Source: Patescibacteria group bacterium
GTDB lineage: Bacteria; Patescibacteriota; Minisyncoccia; Phycocordibacterales; SIBU01
NCBI GenBank assembly: GCA_040390045.1
Contig: JAZJZC010000004.1
Span: 579-64,578 of the forward strand
Reading direction: 5' to 3'
DNA: 64,000 nt
Shown piece after piece: positions 38,191 through 47,535 of this stretch (position 1 is the first letter of the stretch; each line of letters opens with the position of its first letter). The position numbers were made by a program, and so were the translations under genes. Under the pieces are notes generated by a model. That model was not told the DNA's origin. It did no database searches and saw only the letters and a program-made list of their open reading frames with translations.

Positions 38191-38360
38191 GGGGAAGGGG
38201 TTAGGTTATAGGGAGGAGAAGGGGTTAGTAAAAAACAAATGCAGTTTTACTGAAAGCTCGACCATGTTTGGATTTGTTTGTTGTTTAACATGATGTTGAA
38301 AATAAGTTTCAATCGTAGCACGCCTCAAATTCACTTTCAATTATTTGCAAGAAAAAACCA

Positions 38361-38996
38361 CTAGCAAAAAGTAGTGGTTACAATAGTAGCAGTTTCTTCG
38401 CATGTTTTGCACACCCCGGTTACTCCAAGGATCGCCTTGTCCTCGCAATTAAAACATTCACCGATTATAAGTATTGCCGTGCAATCCCGGCAGATCGGGC
38501 TTCCCTCGTCCGTTCGAGCTACAGCGATTTTGATTTCGCCGCAATTCGAACACAGCTCGGGTTGTAAACGACCAAGTGTGCGTGTTTTGCGTCTACAGTA
38601 ATTACAGATAGGTTTATCACCTCTCGATGCCGCTTTTGAGATCCAAACCTCACAGCAACAGGAGCAGAGTCTGGGGTTGGGTGGATGTTTCAGGTAGCAT
38701 GTACCACAAATCGCGGCACCATCTTCTGTACGTCGATTGACACGTCTGACTAGCATGCATTTCGAGCAGGTCTCATAATTGACGGGATCCTTATAGTAAC
38801 AGCTTGCACAAATTGGCCCTGTACCTTCAATGTGTTGAGTCACGAAGCGAAGATTGCCACATCTTGAGCAGTTTTCTTTGTGCGCGCGAGTACGATAGTA
38901 TTCTTTCGAACGGCAAGCAACACAGATGAAGTTGCCGGTTTCTCTTTTTTTGCTACCTTTTTTCTTCTTGTTGCAAACTGAACAAATTGCTTCCAT
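38361..38996 (-). CDS. Cys-rich CxxC-repeat (multi zinc-ribbon) protein
   Basis: About 12 CxxC pairs in repeated CS.C..G.PIC..C units. Confidence 0.75.
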   Translation of the reverse strand: MEAICSVCNKKKKGSKKRETGNFICVACRSKEYYRTRAHKENCSRCGNLRFVTQHIEGTGPICASCYYKDPVNYETCSKCMLVRRVNRRTEDGAAICGTCYLKHPPNPRLCSCCCEVWISKAASRGDKPICNYCRRKTRTLGRLQPELCSNCGEIKIAVARTDEGSPICRDCTAILIIGECFNCEDKAILGVTGVCKTCEETATIVTTTFC

Positions 38997-39087
38997 TTTG
39001 ACTCCTTACTATTAAGTTTCAAACCCTTGAGACGCCTCAAGGTCAATACTTTTTCTCGGCGGACAATAACATCATGCGAGGCTTGCG

Positions 39088-39681
39088 TCAATTTTTCTCA
39101 ACATCTTTTTTCAACATTGCTCGTCGAATCATAAGCATCACGCTAAAGGCTAGGTTGGCAAGTACCCAAGTAATTGGATACAGCAGTGTGAGAATATTAA
39201 ATTGCTGCAATGCAAAAATACTCAAGCCGTGGCGAATAGTAGTTATCTGATACATAAATAAGGTTTCAGAGTGAGGTTCCTTCCAGGATTTTCGTATGGT
39301 TGGGAAAAAACCAAAAACATCGGTTGAAACGATAAGGATAACGGACAATACCGGTTGTTTTGCAAAAATCCAAAGAGCCAAAGAAGTAAGAGCGAGAAAG
39401 AGAAAAGCCAAATCTAGTTTGGTAATCTCTTTATTTCCATTTCGTATAGAAAGTAGAAGAACTATAAAACAAATAGTCGCGGTGACACCAGTTGTCCACG
39501 CTCCAACTCCAGCACCACCGCTAATTTGCAGAGCCCAAGAAATAGTAACAGCGAGAGTCCACACGAGCCAGGAGAAAATATGCGGGACCGTTTTTCCTTT
39601 TACAGTGTCACGAATATACGGAGCGTATCCGACAAAGACAAGCGTGACTGCGACCAAGCTAATAATAATTTTGTAGTCCAT
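39088..39681 (-). CDS. conserved membrane protein (PQ-loop-like)
   Basis: PYIRDT.KGKT.PH..SW..W and PTIRKSW..P.SET; about 7 TM helices. Confidence 0.75.
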   Translation of the reverse strand: MDYKIIISLVAVTLVFVGYAPYIRDTVKGKTVPHIFSWLVWTLAVTISWALQISGGAGVGAWTTGVTATICFIVLLLSIRNGNKEITKLDLAFLFLALTSLALWIFAKQPVLSVILIVSTDVFGFFPTIRKSWKEPHSETLFMYQITTIRHGLSIFALQQFNILTLLYPITWVLANLAFSVMLMIRRAMLKKDVEKN

Positions 39682-39689
39682 TTTATAAA

Positions 39690-39844
39690 GGCGGAGGAGG
39701 GGGTGAGATTAGGTCACAAGTATTTTCTTGCTAGAAAATCTTGCGACCCCGCCTCGCGCCGTCGCGCTCCGGCTTTCGAATCCCCCTCCTTGCTCGCAAT
39801 GATGAACTGCTCGGACTTCGTTTAGAAGTCCTTACAGCTCATTG
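39690..39844 (-). repeat. tRNA trailer element
   Basis: Minus strand: hairpin with TAAAC loop, GGAGGGGGATTCGAA antisense copy, core GCCGGAGC..GCGAGGCGGGG, AATCTCACCCCCTCCTCCGCC. Confidence 0.85.
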
Positions 39845-39931
39845 CGGAGGAGGGGAGATTCGAACTCCCGAGGAGCTTTCGCCCCTGCCGGTTTTCGAAA
39901 CCGGTACATTCAACCGCTCTGCCACTCCTCC
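39845..39931 (-). tRNA. tRNA-Ser(CGA)
   Basis: Acceptor GGAGGAG/CTCCTCC, CCGGT-TTCGAAA-ACCGG, long variable arm; no CCA. Confidence 0.95.
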
Positions 39932-40038
39932 GTGGATTGTGTGGATAATGCTAACACTTTTTGCTAATTTTACAAAAAATGTTATTATTTCCTCGTCTTT
40001 AATATGTTCCATGTTTTATGTTTATGGTTCATGTTCTT

Positions 40039-40110
40039 GGCTCTATCGTCTAATGGTTAGGACACGGCCTTTTCAAGGCTGGAATCGGGGTTCGACTCCC
40101 CGTAGAGTCA
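40039..40110 (+). tRNA. tRNA-Glu(TTC)
   Basis: Acceptor GGCTCTA/TAGAGTC, CGGCC-TTTTCAA-GGCTG, GGTTCGACTCC; no CCA. Confidence 0.95.
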
Positions 40111-40303
40111 CAAAAATAATGAGGGCGTTGCGAAGCAATGACGGATTTTATTTTTGTAGACACTGCGGGGAGTCGAAGGACGGAGCGGAATGAGACTCAG
40201 CAGAGTCGAACCGCGAGTCGGGGTCGCGGAAATTTCTGAGCGAGGGCGAAGAAATTATCTGTGACCGAAAGCGTACTCGCGGCTCCCAGTTAAGGTCACA
40301 AAA
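40111..40303 (+). repeat. tRNA trailer element
   Basis: TTTTTGTAGACACTGCGGGGAGTCGAA antisense copy, core GACGGAGC..CAGCAG..GCGAGTCGGGG, ends GTCACAAAA. Confidence 0.85.
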
Positions 40304-40337
40304 GCGGTTTCTAATTAGTTTTAACTTAATCACAAAA

Positions 40338-40778
40338 ATGCCCAACGATTTTGAAAAACAACAGCCAGCAGAAATACCTCACAACCCGTTTAATACCAGT
40401 TCTGGCTTAACTCATGACTATGCAAACAATCTTCTCATTCTCGAGATGCGTATAGCCTCTTTTGACGAAAGTTCTCAGGAAGCAACAAAAAAATTTCATG
40501 AATTAGAGATTTTAAAATATTCACAAGAAAACCCTGCTTCTCGTTTTCCTGGCGCGTATAATGATAAAACAAGACCAATTATCGAAGAACTAGATGGCTT
40601 AACTGAAAAATTAAATTTAGCCGTTAAGCGAGAAAAGATAGAGGTAGCGGAACTCGAAGATATTTATAACCGAATGTCGGAATTAATATTTGGTAATGAT
40701 CGATTTCACTATGTGGATTGGACAGGGAGAGGTTTGCATAAACCAAAGCCTCAACCTAAGAAACCTCGTATAATCTAA
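40338..40778 (+). CDS. hypothetical protein
   Basis: 146-aa ORF, acidic and helical. Confidence 0.65.
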   Translation: MPNDFEKQQPAEIPHNPFNTSSGLTHDYANNLLILEMRIASFDESSQEATKKFHELEILKYSQENPASRFPGAYNDKTRPIIEELDGLTEKLNLAVKREKIEVAELEDIYNRMSELIFGNDRFHYVDWTGRGLHKPKPQPKKPRII

Positions 40779-40966
40779 ACGTGCTTCAAACCCAATCAGT
40801 TCAATCCGCAAGACCTTGGTGTTTCGAGTTCGTGAAAGTAAAGAAGAAATCGTGGCAGACCCCATCTCTAAAGTCCATCCAAGCTATCGAATCATTACGG
40901 GAATATTGACTTCTGTATTTAATGTTGTATTGTAGTCACAGACCAGAATATCAAGCAGTGACTACT

Positions 40967-41218
40967 ATGATAAAAATCTTTACCTGGGCGATCTCTTCTT
41001 TCATCCTTTGGGCCACGTACTTCCATCTCAATGCGTTGCCTGAAGTTCAGTTTGAGCTCAATCAGCCGGTAGACCGAGCTCACCTGACATGGTCAGTGGT
41101 CGCGGTCTGCGTCAGTCTCGTTTTCGGGGTGCTGATTACATTGGGCTGGCCTTTGTACGTCTTTTGGGATCGGGCCCAGGACAGATTGGCAAATGCGATA
41201 GCTCGGTTCATTTCCTGA
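40967..41218 (+). CDS. small membrane protein
   Basis: Two hydrophobic helices; TTGACT..TATTGT upstream, hairpin plus T-tract downstream. Confidence 0.55.
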   Translation: MIKIFTWAISSFILWATYFHLNALPEVQFELNQPVDRAHLTWSVVAVCVSLVFGVLITLGWPLYVFWDRAQDRLANAIARFIS

Positions 41219-41359
41219 CTGCCCCAATTTCTGTGCACTCCCCATGCCGCCATGTGATCAATTGATCATACGGCGGTTTTTTTATTCCAATAACCAAGTG
41301 AGTGGTGGTTACATCGTTTAACCTTGTACTACTTTGCCGTTGTACTATAATTGTCAGCA

Positions 41360-41770
41360 ATGAAAGTCACTGAGACAGCGGGTGGAATTGTGGTAAATAA
41401 AAATGGTGACGTTGCTATTGTCAGTAATCGAGGCGTTTCGTGGTCATTACCCAAAGGTAAAATTGATCAAGGAGAAACTGATTTGGCGGCGGCCATTCGC
41501 GAAATCTATGAAGAGACGGGGATTACTGATCCAACGCTTGTTCGCGATTTGGGAACGTATGAACGATATAAAAATGGTCCAGGCGGAACTGAAGATAAAA
41601 ACGAATTAAAGAAAATTCACATTTTTTTATTTACTTCAACTAAAGAAAAATTACAGCCAGTTGATAGTCATAACCCTGAGGCTCGCTGGGTTACAAAGCT
41701 TCAAGCTCTAAAACTATTGACGCACGCTCGCGATCGGGATTTTTTCCAAGGTGTCATTGATTTGATATAG
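41360..41770 (+). CDS. NUDIX hydrolase
   Basis: AGGIV, WSLPKGKIDQGETDLAAAIREIYEETG Nudix box. Confidence 0.93.
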   Translation: MKVTETAGGIVVNKNGDVAIVSNRGVSWSLPKGKIDQGETDLAAAIREIYEETGITDPTLVRDLGTYERYKNGPGGTEDKNELKKIHIFLFTSTKEKLQPVDSHNPEARWVTKLQALKLLTHARDRDFFQGVIDLI

Positions 41771-41836
41771 ATTCTAACTTGGTGTAGATTGTTGGAGTAA
41801 TAAGAGGCGGGGTGGTTTTTGTAACGTTAATATTTT

Positions 41837-41909
41837 GGGCGGTTAGCTCAGTTGGTAGAGCATCTCATTGACGTTGAGAGGGTCAGAGGTTCGAATCCTC
41901 TACCGCCCA
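41837..41909 (+). tRNA. tRNA-Val(GAC)
   Basis: Acceptor GGGCGGT/ACCGCCC, TCTCA-TTGACGT-TGAGA, GGTTCGAATCC; no CCA. Confidence 0.95.
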
Positions 41910-42083
41910 CATTGAGTCCACGAAATGTGGGCGGTAAGGAGGCAAATTGTTTTGCCTCCGTGAGGATTCGAACAGCGGAACCATGTTTTTTCAGCAGAAA
42001 AAACAGGTGAGCTGGTGTCCAGACCAAAGTGAGCGACGGCGAGCTTTGAGTCGCGGGCGAATCCTTTACTTCTACCGCCCACA
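41910..42083 (+). repeat. tRNA trailer element
   Basis: AATGTGGGCGGTA..GAGGATTCGAAC antisense copy, core AGCGGAAC..CAGCAG..GTGAGCTGGTG, ends CTACCGCCCACA. Confidence 0.88.
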
Positions 42084-42291
42084 AAATCAGAAATAAAGTT
42101 TGTCCTCGTCCTATCCCGTCTCGGACTACCTCGTCGGGTAATAGGCGAGGAACCGGGGCAAACTTTGTTGTAGATGTGTCGGCTCCGCCGATTCATGCGT
42201 GCGTTGCGGATTCATCCCCGCCACAGACGGACGGGTGTTCTCCGCAGTTACAATAAAAAACCTCCGCCTAAGCAGAGGTTGGGGACAGAGA

Positions 42292-42708
42292 TTACAAGGT
42301 TTCGGCGAACCACACGTAACGCCCGGATTTTTGGGCGACAATACGGGTGCAGTGGCTCTCGGGGTCGCTATCCAATTTCAACCGGAGCGGCGCCACGTTG
42401 CGATGGTAGACAGTGCCGTACTTATAGGCGTTGGAGAGAAACACCGCGCCGGCCACATTTTTCAAGCGCTTAGTGTTGATCTCGAGTTGCCGTCGTCCAG
42501 CCCTTTTTTGCAGCGGACAAAGAACCAGCACGCGGTGCGCGCCGGTATTTGCTAGCAGGTCGCGGGGTGTGGTGATCGAGTGAACGGTCAGCTGGCTGCC
42601 GTTTTTGGCGAAGAACCTGACCATAGCCCCTTTTCCAAAAGGAACGCCCTTTTTTGTGGTCTGAAGTTCCCCAATTGCCTCGTGCAACGGACTCTTAGTG
42701 CTACCCAT
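42292..42708 (-). CDS. hypothetical protein
   Basis: ORF with AAGGA before ATG 42708; hairpin plus T-tract downstream. Confidence 0.55.
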   Translation of the reverse strand: MGSTKSPLHEAIGELQTTKKGVPFGKGAMVRFFAKNGSQLTVHSITTPRDLLANTGAHRVLVLCPLQKRAGRRQLEINTKRLKNVAGAVFLSNAYKYGTVYHRNVAPLRLKLDSDPESHCTRIVAQKSGRYVWFAETL

Positions 42709-42839
42709 AGTTTCCTTTCCTGACAATGAAAAAACATTGCCATTTCTGCGTTTTTAGTGTCTTGTACTGCTACAAGTTAGTCTAACAGGGTTTATGGTTT
42801 GTGCAAGTTCAGAGTTAATTTTCTGATTCTTGAATCTTT

Positions 42840-43778
42840 CTACTGCGTGTGCAAATACATGTAAATATCCTCAAGAGCTTTGACGGCATCACCCGCGGCG
42901 ATGTTGTTTTGGTGATAGAGTCCATTCGTACAATCCCCAGCACTCCATATACCACTGACAGAGGTTCTTTGGTTTCTAGGGTCAACCACGATTTGTCCTA
43001 TTGCATCTCGTTCGACAAGGTTTGCAACCAAATCAGTCGATGGCACAGAACCCACTTCAACGAAAATACCTTGCGCGGGCAATTCAACAATTTTTCCTGT
43101 TTCTCTTTCTTTATACACGATCGCTTCAACAAATTTATCACCCTTCACTTCCAGAATTTCCGTATCAACAACTCCGCGCATTTTTGGATGGGAAAGAACT
43201 TTTTTAACAGTCACAGGATCAGCTCGGTATTCTTTGGAGCGTTGTAGCAAAACCACACTCTTAGCGTACGCCAAAAGTTGGGCGGCCGTTTCAAACCCAG
43301 CGTTGCCTCCTCCAATCACCACGACATCCATGTCAGCAAAAAGGGGACCGTCGCATGAAGCGCAATAGACAACACCCTTGTGTTCAAATTTGGCCGCGCC
43401 TGGAACTTCGAGTTGGCGGCGACGGCTTCCAGTAGAAATCAAAACAGTTTTGGCCTCAAAAGATTCATCTTCGAGTTTTATATTAAAACCGGTGGGGGAT
43501 TTTTCAATGCTATTTACAAATTTCCCTTCGTGAATGTCGACGACATCCCCCGCGTAGGCTTTGAGATGTTCCTTGAGGGTTTCAGCGAGTTTGGTACCAC
43601 TGATTGAAGGCGTGCCGATCCAGTTTTGAATATCACTTGAGACAGAGCTTTGGCCGCCAAATTCTTTAGCAACAAAAAGAGTCTTCAGGCGTTTGCGTGA
43701 AGCGTAGACACCCGCGGCGACAGCCGCGGGCCCGCCACCGATGATAGCCAAGTCATATTGGGTAGATTCAAGATTCAT
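42840..43778 (-). CDS. trxB: thioredoxin reductase
   Basis: IIGGGPA, YCASCDG, VIGGGNAG, SAGD. Confidence 0.92.
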   Translation of the reverse strand: MNLESTQYDLAIIGGGPAAVAAGVYASRKRLKTLFVAKEFGGQSSVSSDIQNWIGTPSISGTKLAETLKEHLKAYAGDVVDIHEGKFVNSIEKSPTGFNIKLEDESFEAKTVLISTGSRRRQLEVPGAAKFEHKGVVYCASCDGPLFADMDVVVIGGGNAGFETAAQLLAYAKSVVLLQRSKEYRADPVTVKKVLSHPKMRGVVDTEILEVKGDKFVEAIVYKERETGKIVELPAQGIFVEVGSVPSTDLVANLVERDAIGQIVVDPRNQRTSVSGIWSAGDCTNGLYHQNNIAAGDAVKALEDIYMYLHTQ

Positions 43779-43840
43779 GATTTAAGATTAAAGAATAAAA
43801 TATTTAAATGAATTATAGCAGGGCACATATTGTAACAGCA

Positions 43841-43908
43841 AACTGCCCAGTTTCGCAAAGCGAAACTGGGCAGTTCTTGAATCGTGAACCTGCCTACCGG
43901 CAGGCAGG
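43841..43908. repeat. terminator-like hairpin plus second CCTGCCTACCGGCAGGCAGG palindrome
   Basis: AACTGCCCAGTTTCGC AAA GCGAAACTGGGCAGTT; 43889-43908 is identical to 657-676. Confidence 0.8.
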
Positions 43909-43922
43909 TCCAAAATCTTGAA

Positions 43923-45074
43923 TCACTTTTTGGCTCTGCGAAGAAAAGCCGGCACCGCACCCCAATCATCATCGTTGTCATCAACCACTTTCTTTTCTTC
44001 AACTTTCGGCGCAATTTCTTTTGGAGTAATCGGAGCGGTCATTGGATTGTAAATTTTACCCTTCTTTTCCTCAGCGGGAGAAGATGTGTCAGTTCCAAAG
44101 AGGCTTCGCTTGGCAACGGTCTCTGGAAATCCTGAAGCGATAACCGTAATTTTGATTTCACCTTTCTTGATTTTTTCATCACGAACGGTTCCGAAGATAA
44201 CCTTTGCGTTTGGATCGATTGATTCCGTAATAACCTTAGCAGCATCCTGAATTTCAAACATGGTAAGGTCATCACCTCCTGCAATCGAGAAGAGAACTCC
44301 TTTGGCGCCGTGGATTGAAAGTTCAAGTAGGGGAGAGTTGATTGCATTTTTGGCAGCTTCTTCTGCGCGTTTTTCTCCAGATGCGGTACCGATGCCCATG
44401 AGCGCTGATCCAGCATTTTCCATGATCGATCGAATATCAGCGAAGTCGATGTTGATAACTCCAGGAGTGGTGATGAGGTCAGAAATACCCTCAACTGCTT
44501 GTTTCAAAATCTCATCACACATCGCAAACGCGGCGCGGGCAGTGGTTTCCTTGCTGATGGTTGAAAGAAGTCGGTCGTTTGGAATGATGATGATAGCGTC
44601 GACTGATTTTTTCAATTCTTCAAGACCTTGTTCGGCAAGTCGCATTCTCTGTGAACCCTCAAAGAAAAATGGTTTAGTAACAACAGCGACAGTGAGCGCG
44701 CCAATTTCTTTTGCGGTTTTAGCTACGACAGGGGATGCGCCAGTGCACGTGCCTCCTCCCATTCCTCCGGCGATGAAAACCATGTCAGCACCCTTGATCG
44801 CTTCCTGGATTTCCTCCTTGGTTTCTTCAACTGCGCGTTTACCGAGTTCGGCGTTCATACCAGTACCCAATCCACGAGTGAGATTTTTACCAATGTGAAT
44901 TTTTTTCTTGGCGAGGGTGTTGTGCAAATCCTGCGCATCGGTGTTGACCGCAATAAATTCAACTCCTTTAACTTTGGAGTTAATCATGTGGTTGATGGCA
45001 TTTTTTCCGGAACCACCAATACCTAAAACTTTTATTCGAGCGAATGTTTCAACTTCTGGTGCAATTTGGGGCAT
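43923..45074 (-). CDS. ftsZ: cell division protein FtsZ
   Basis: NTDAQDL, GGMGGGTCTG, INIDFAD, C-terminal VPAFLRR. Confidence 0.98.
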   Translation of the reverse strand: MPQIAPEVETFARIKVLGIGGSGKNAINHMINSKVKGVEFIAVNTDAQDLHNTLAKKKIHIGKNLTRGLGTGMNAELGKRAVEETKEEIQEAIKGADMVFIAGGMGGGTCTGASPVVAKTAKEIGALTVAVVTKPFFFEGSQRMRLAEQGLEELKKSVDAIIIIPNDRLLSTISKETTARAAFAMCDEILKQAVEGISDLITTPGVINIDFADIRSIMENAGSALMGIGTASGEKRAEEAAKNAINSPLLELSIHGAKGVLFSIAGGDDLTMFEIQDAAKVITESIDPNAKVIFGTVRDEKIKKGEIKITVIASGFPETVAKRSLFGTDTSSPAEEKKGKIYNPMTAPITPKEIAPKVEEKKVVDDNDDDWGAVPAFLRRAKK

Positions 45075-45293
45075 GGGATAAAAATTAAAGTTAAAATCTT
45101 AAAATTCAAAATACAGGAAGGTTGTTAAAAAGTCAAAGAAAATTTTAGTTTTTCGTTTTGAGCTTTTAGTTTCTCCATCATAGCAGAAAGGTTTAAATAA
45201 ATACAAGCATTGACTATAGAAGGCATGTGTATTATAAGATAGCAAGCAAAATCAAGCTGAAAAGTGATTTTCTGCGAGTTCCAAAGGAAAATT

Positions 45294-45626
45294 ATGGCAT
45301 CGATAGGAATTAGAAAAATGCCGGTGAGGCTCAGCCTCGCGGTCCCCGGGGGTCTCCGCGAGAACAATCGCTTTGTCGTCTTCCGTTACTGTGAAGTGGC
45401 GGTTGAAATCCCAGAAGACAAAGATTGTGTTCTCTGCTACGAAATTAACGGTTTCAAGTGGGGTTTCAAACGTCAACGTGCAACCTGGGAGTGCGGATCC
45501 GAGATGTTTGAGGTTGTTTTGGTTCCAGAGAATCCGGCTGAGGCCCTAGACATTCTAAATGATCTTAGGAGCGTAGGCGGCTCGTCAAAATGGCATGAGA
45601 CCCAATCTGTATCTCAGCTTAGCTAG
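45294..45626 (+). CDS. hypothetical protein
   Basis: TTGACT-type promoter at ~45211, AAGGA, terminator at 45636-45668. Confidence 0.6.
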   Translation: MASIGIRKMPVRLSLAVPGGLRENNRFVVFRYCEVAVEIPEDKDCVLCYEINGFKWGFKRQRATWECGSEMFEVVLVPENPAEALDILNDLRSVGGSSKWHETQSVSQLS

Positions 45627-45765
45627 GTTTCTAGCCCACCGTTGCTTCAAGCGACGGTGGGTTTTTTGTTTCTAAAATTTGGATTCAAAAATCAAAAGTT
45701 GACTATTCCAGATTTATGTATTATTGTTGATTTAGAGTCAATTTCACAATCAACAAGAAAGCTAG

Positions 45766-46092
45766 ATGACCTCTAATTGCTATCTCTCAATCGTTCTTGC
45801 GAACGGAAACTCGTTTACTCCCGCGGAATCAGTGATCGAGCCGCTCTCATCGAAAACGGGTTCAATCACGCTCACATTCGGAACGAAAATTTTTACGTTC
45901 AACCAGAAAAGAGCGAAATTGGCTACCGGTGATGATGTGGTGCTTCAGCCTGTGATCGGCACCGACGAGGTGACTTTGGAAAGCTGCATCACGAGTAGCG
46001 GTGATTGGGTGTTGATTACTCCATCAATGCTGCCGGCTCTGCATCGATCTCCGTTGAGAGTTGTCACACGGAGGCATCGAGCTACTCGCTAA
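45766..46092 (+). CDS. hypothetical protein
   Basis: TTGACT-17-TATTGT at ~45699, terminator at ~46108-46136. Confidence 0.6.
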   Translation: MTSNCYLSIVLANGNSFTPAESVIEPLSSKTGSITLTFGTKIFTFNQKRAKLATGDDVVLQPVIGTDEVTLESCITSSGDWVLITPSMLPALHRSPLRVVTRRHRATR

Positions 46093-46236
46093 AGAAGTTT
46101 TTACTCCAAACTACGACAAATCGGTCGTAGTTTTTTAATATTAAAGCCCCCAAATTTTGCGGCAAAATTTGGGGGCCAACATCATTCTTGATTCTTGATT
46201 CTTGAATCTACAATTCCTACCTTAAATTTGAAAAAT

Positions 46237-47421
46237 TTAAGGTAGGAATTGTTTGAGCCACCCCACAATATCCTTCCTAGCTTTTCTCGCAATTTTAATT
46301 CCACTGAGTTCAGAGTCGCCTTCATTTAATCCTAAGAGGCACAATCCAAACGCCACTGACCACGATGAGTCTTTGACTTGGCCTTTATTGCCATCGCCAA
46401 GATTGATGCTCGCAATTCGCGACGGTACCTTAAGCGCCGCTTTTGCTAAGTCTTCTATTGTTTCAATGCCCGAACTGCCACCAGTGATAATAATACCAGC
46501 TGGCAAAAGTCCGTTGCGGCCGATTTTTTTCAAGTGTGCTTCAATCAAATCAAAAATATCTGAAAGTCGCGCTGCAATTATTTCATCAAGTTTTTTCTTA
46601 GGATAGGAAACTCCTACAATCGCTCCGCGTTTAATATCCTCCGCTTCCTCGATTGGAATTCGCAGGCCGAGTGCAATGTCATTGGTCACATCATTGCCGC
46701 CGAGCGGGAAGACTTCAATAGAAATTGGAAAATTATTTTCAAACACGGCAATCGAGACAGTTTCAGAGCCAATGTTGGCAAGCACACACCCTGCCATTTT
46801 TTGAGTTTTTGAAAGCGTGACGAGGGATGCCGCAATCGGAGCCGCCACAACATCAATCGCCTCGACTCCAACTTCACCGATAGTTTCGATCAAATCGTTA
46901 AAATGATGTTCCAAAAAAGTAATGAAAAAAACTTTGGCCTCAAGCTTGGTGCCCTTCATGCCGGCCGGTTTGCCATACACCTGTTTTCCATCAACTTTAA
47001 ATTGAATTGGAATCGTGTGAATGATTCTACGGTTCAAAGAAAAAGCCACAGGAATTTCCGCTTGGCTTACTTCAATTGATTTTTTAATATCCAAATCCGT
47101 AATTTCGCTATCGGCTCTTGAAATGATGACGGTCCCTGTGGTCGTGATGCCTGAGAGTCCCATGCCACCAATTGAAATGATGGCGCGAGTAATTTTTACA
47201 CCCGAAGCTTTTTCAGCCTGATTTAAGGCGGAACGTAAACTTTTTACAGCCTCTTCTTGATTTAAAATATAACCTTGGCGTAGTCCGCGAGATTCAGAAT
47301 ATCCAACACCGATTATTTTCGGTAATTTTTTATCCAAATCTTTTTCATGCACGGTTTCAGCAACAACCACTTTGATTTGGTAAGAACCGATATCTATGCC
47401 GACTGATATGTTTCTGCTCAT
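46237..47421 (-). CDS. ftsA: cell division protein FtsA
   Basis: VGIDIGS, NIGSET, GGNDVTNDIA, AEDIK, ITGGSS; upstream of ftsZ. Confidence 0.93.
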   Translation of the reverse strand: MSRNISVGIDIGSYQIKVVVAETVHEKDLDKKLPKIIGVGYSESRGLRQGYILNQEEAVKSLRSALNQAEKASGVKITRAIISIGGMGLSGITTTGTVIISRADSEITDLDIKKSIEVSQAEIPVAFSLNRRIIHTIPIQFKVDGKQVYGKPAGMKGTKLEAKVFFITFLEHHFNDLIETIGEVGVEAIDVVAAPIAASLVTLSKTQKMAGCVLANIGSETVSIAVFENNFPISIEVFPLGGNDVTNDIALGLRIPIEEAEDIKRGAIVGVSYPKKKLDEIIAARLSDIFDLIEAHLKKIGRNGLLPAGIIITGGSSGIETIEDLAKAALKVPSRIASINLGDGNKGQVKDSSWSVAFGLCLLGLNEGDSELSGIKIARKARKDIVGWLKQFLP

Positions 47422-47430
47422 TTAGGATTA

Positions 47431-47534
47431 TACGAAAATACGAATGAAAACGAATATACGAAATTATACGAAAAGACCCACATTAGAAAAAAGTTTTCGT
47501 AACTCTTCGTATTTTCGTAATTTTTTTCGTATCG
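47431..47534. repeat. TACGAA-type inverted microsatellite, copy 3
   Basis: TACGAAAATACGAA..TATACGAAATTATACGAAAA then TTTTCGTA units; left arm near-identical to 7262-7308. Confidence 0.8.
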
Positions 47535-47535
47535 A

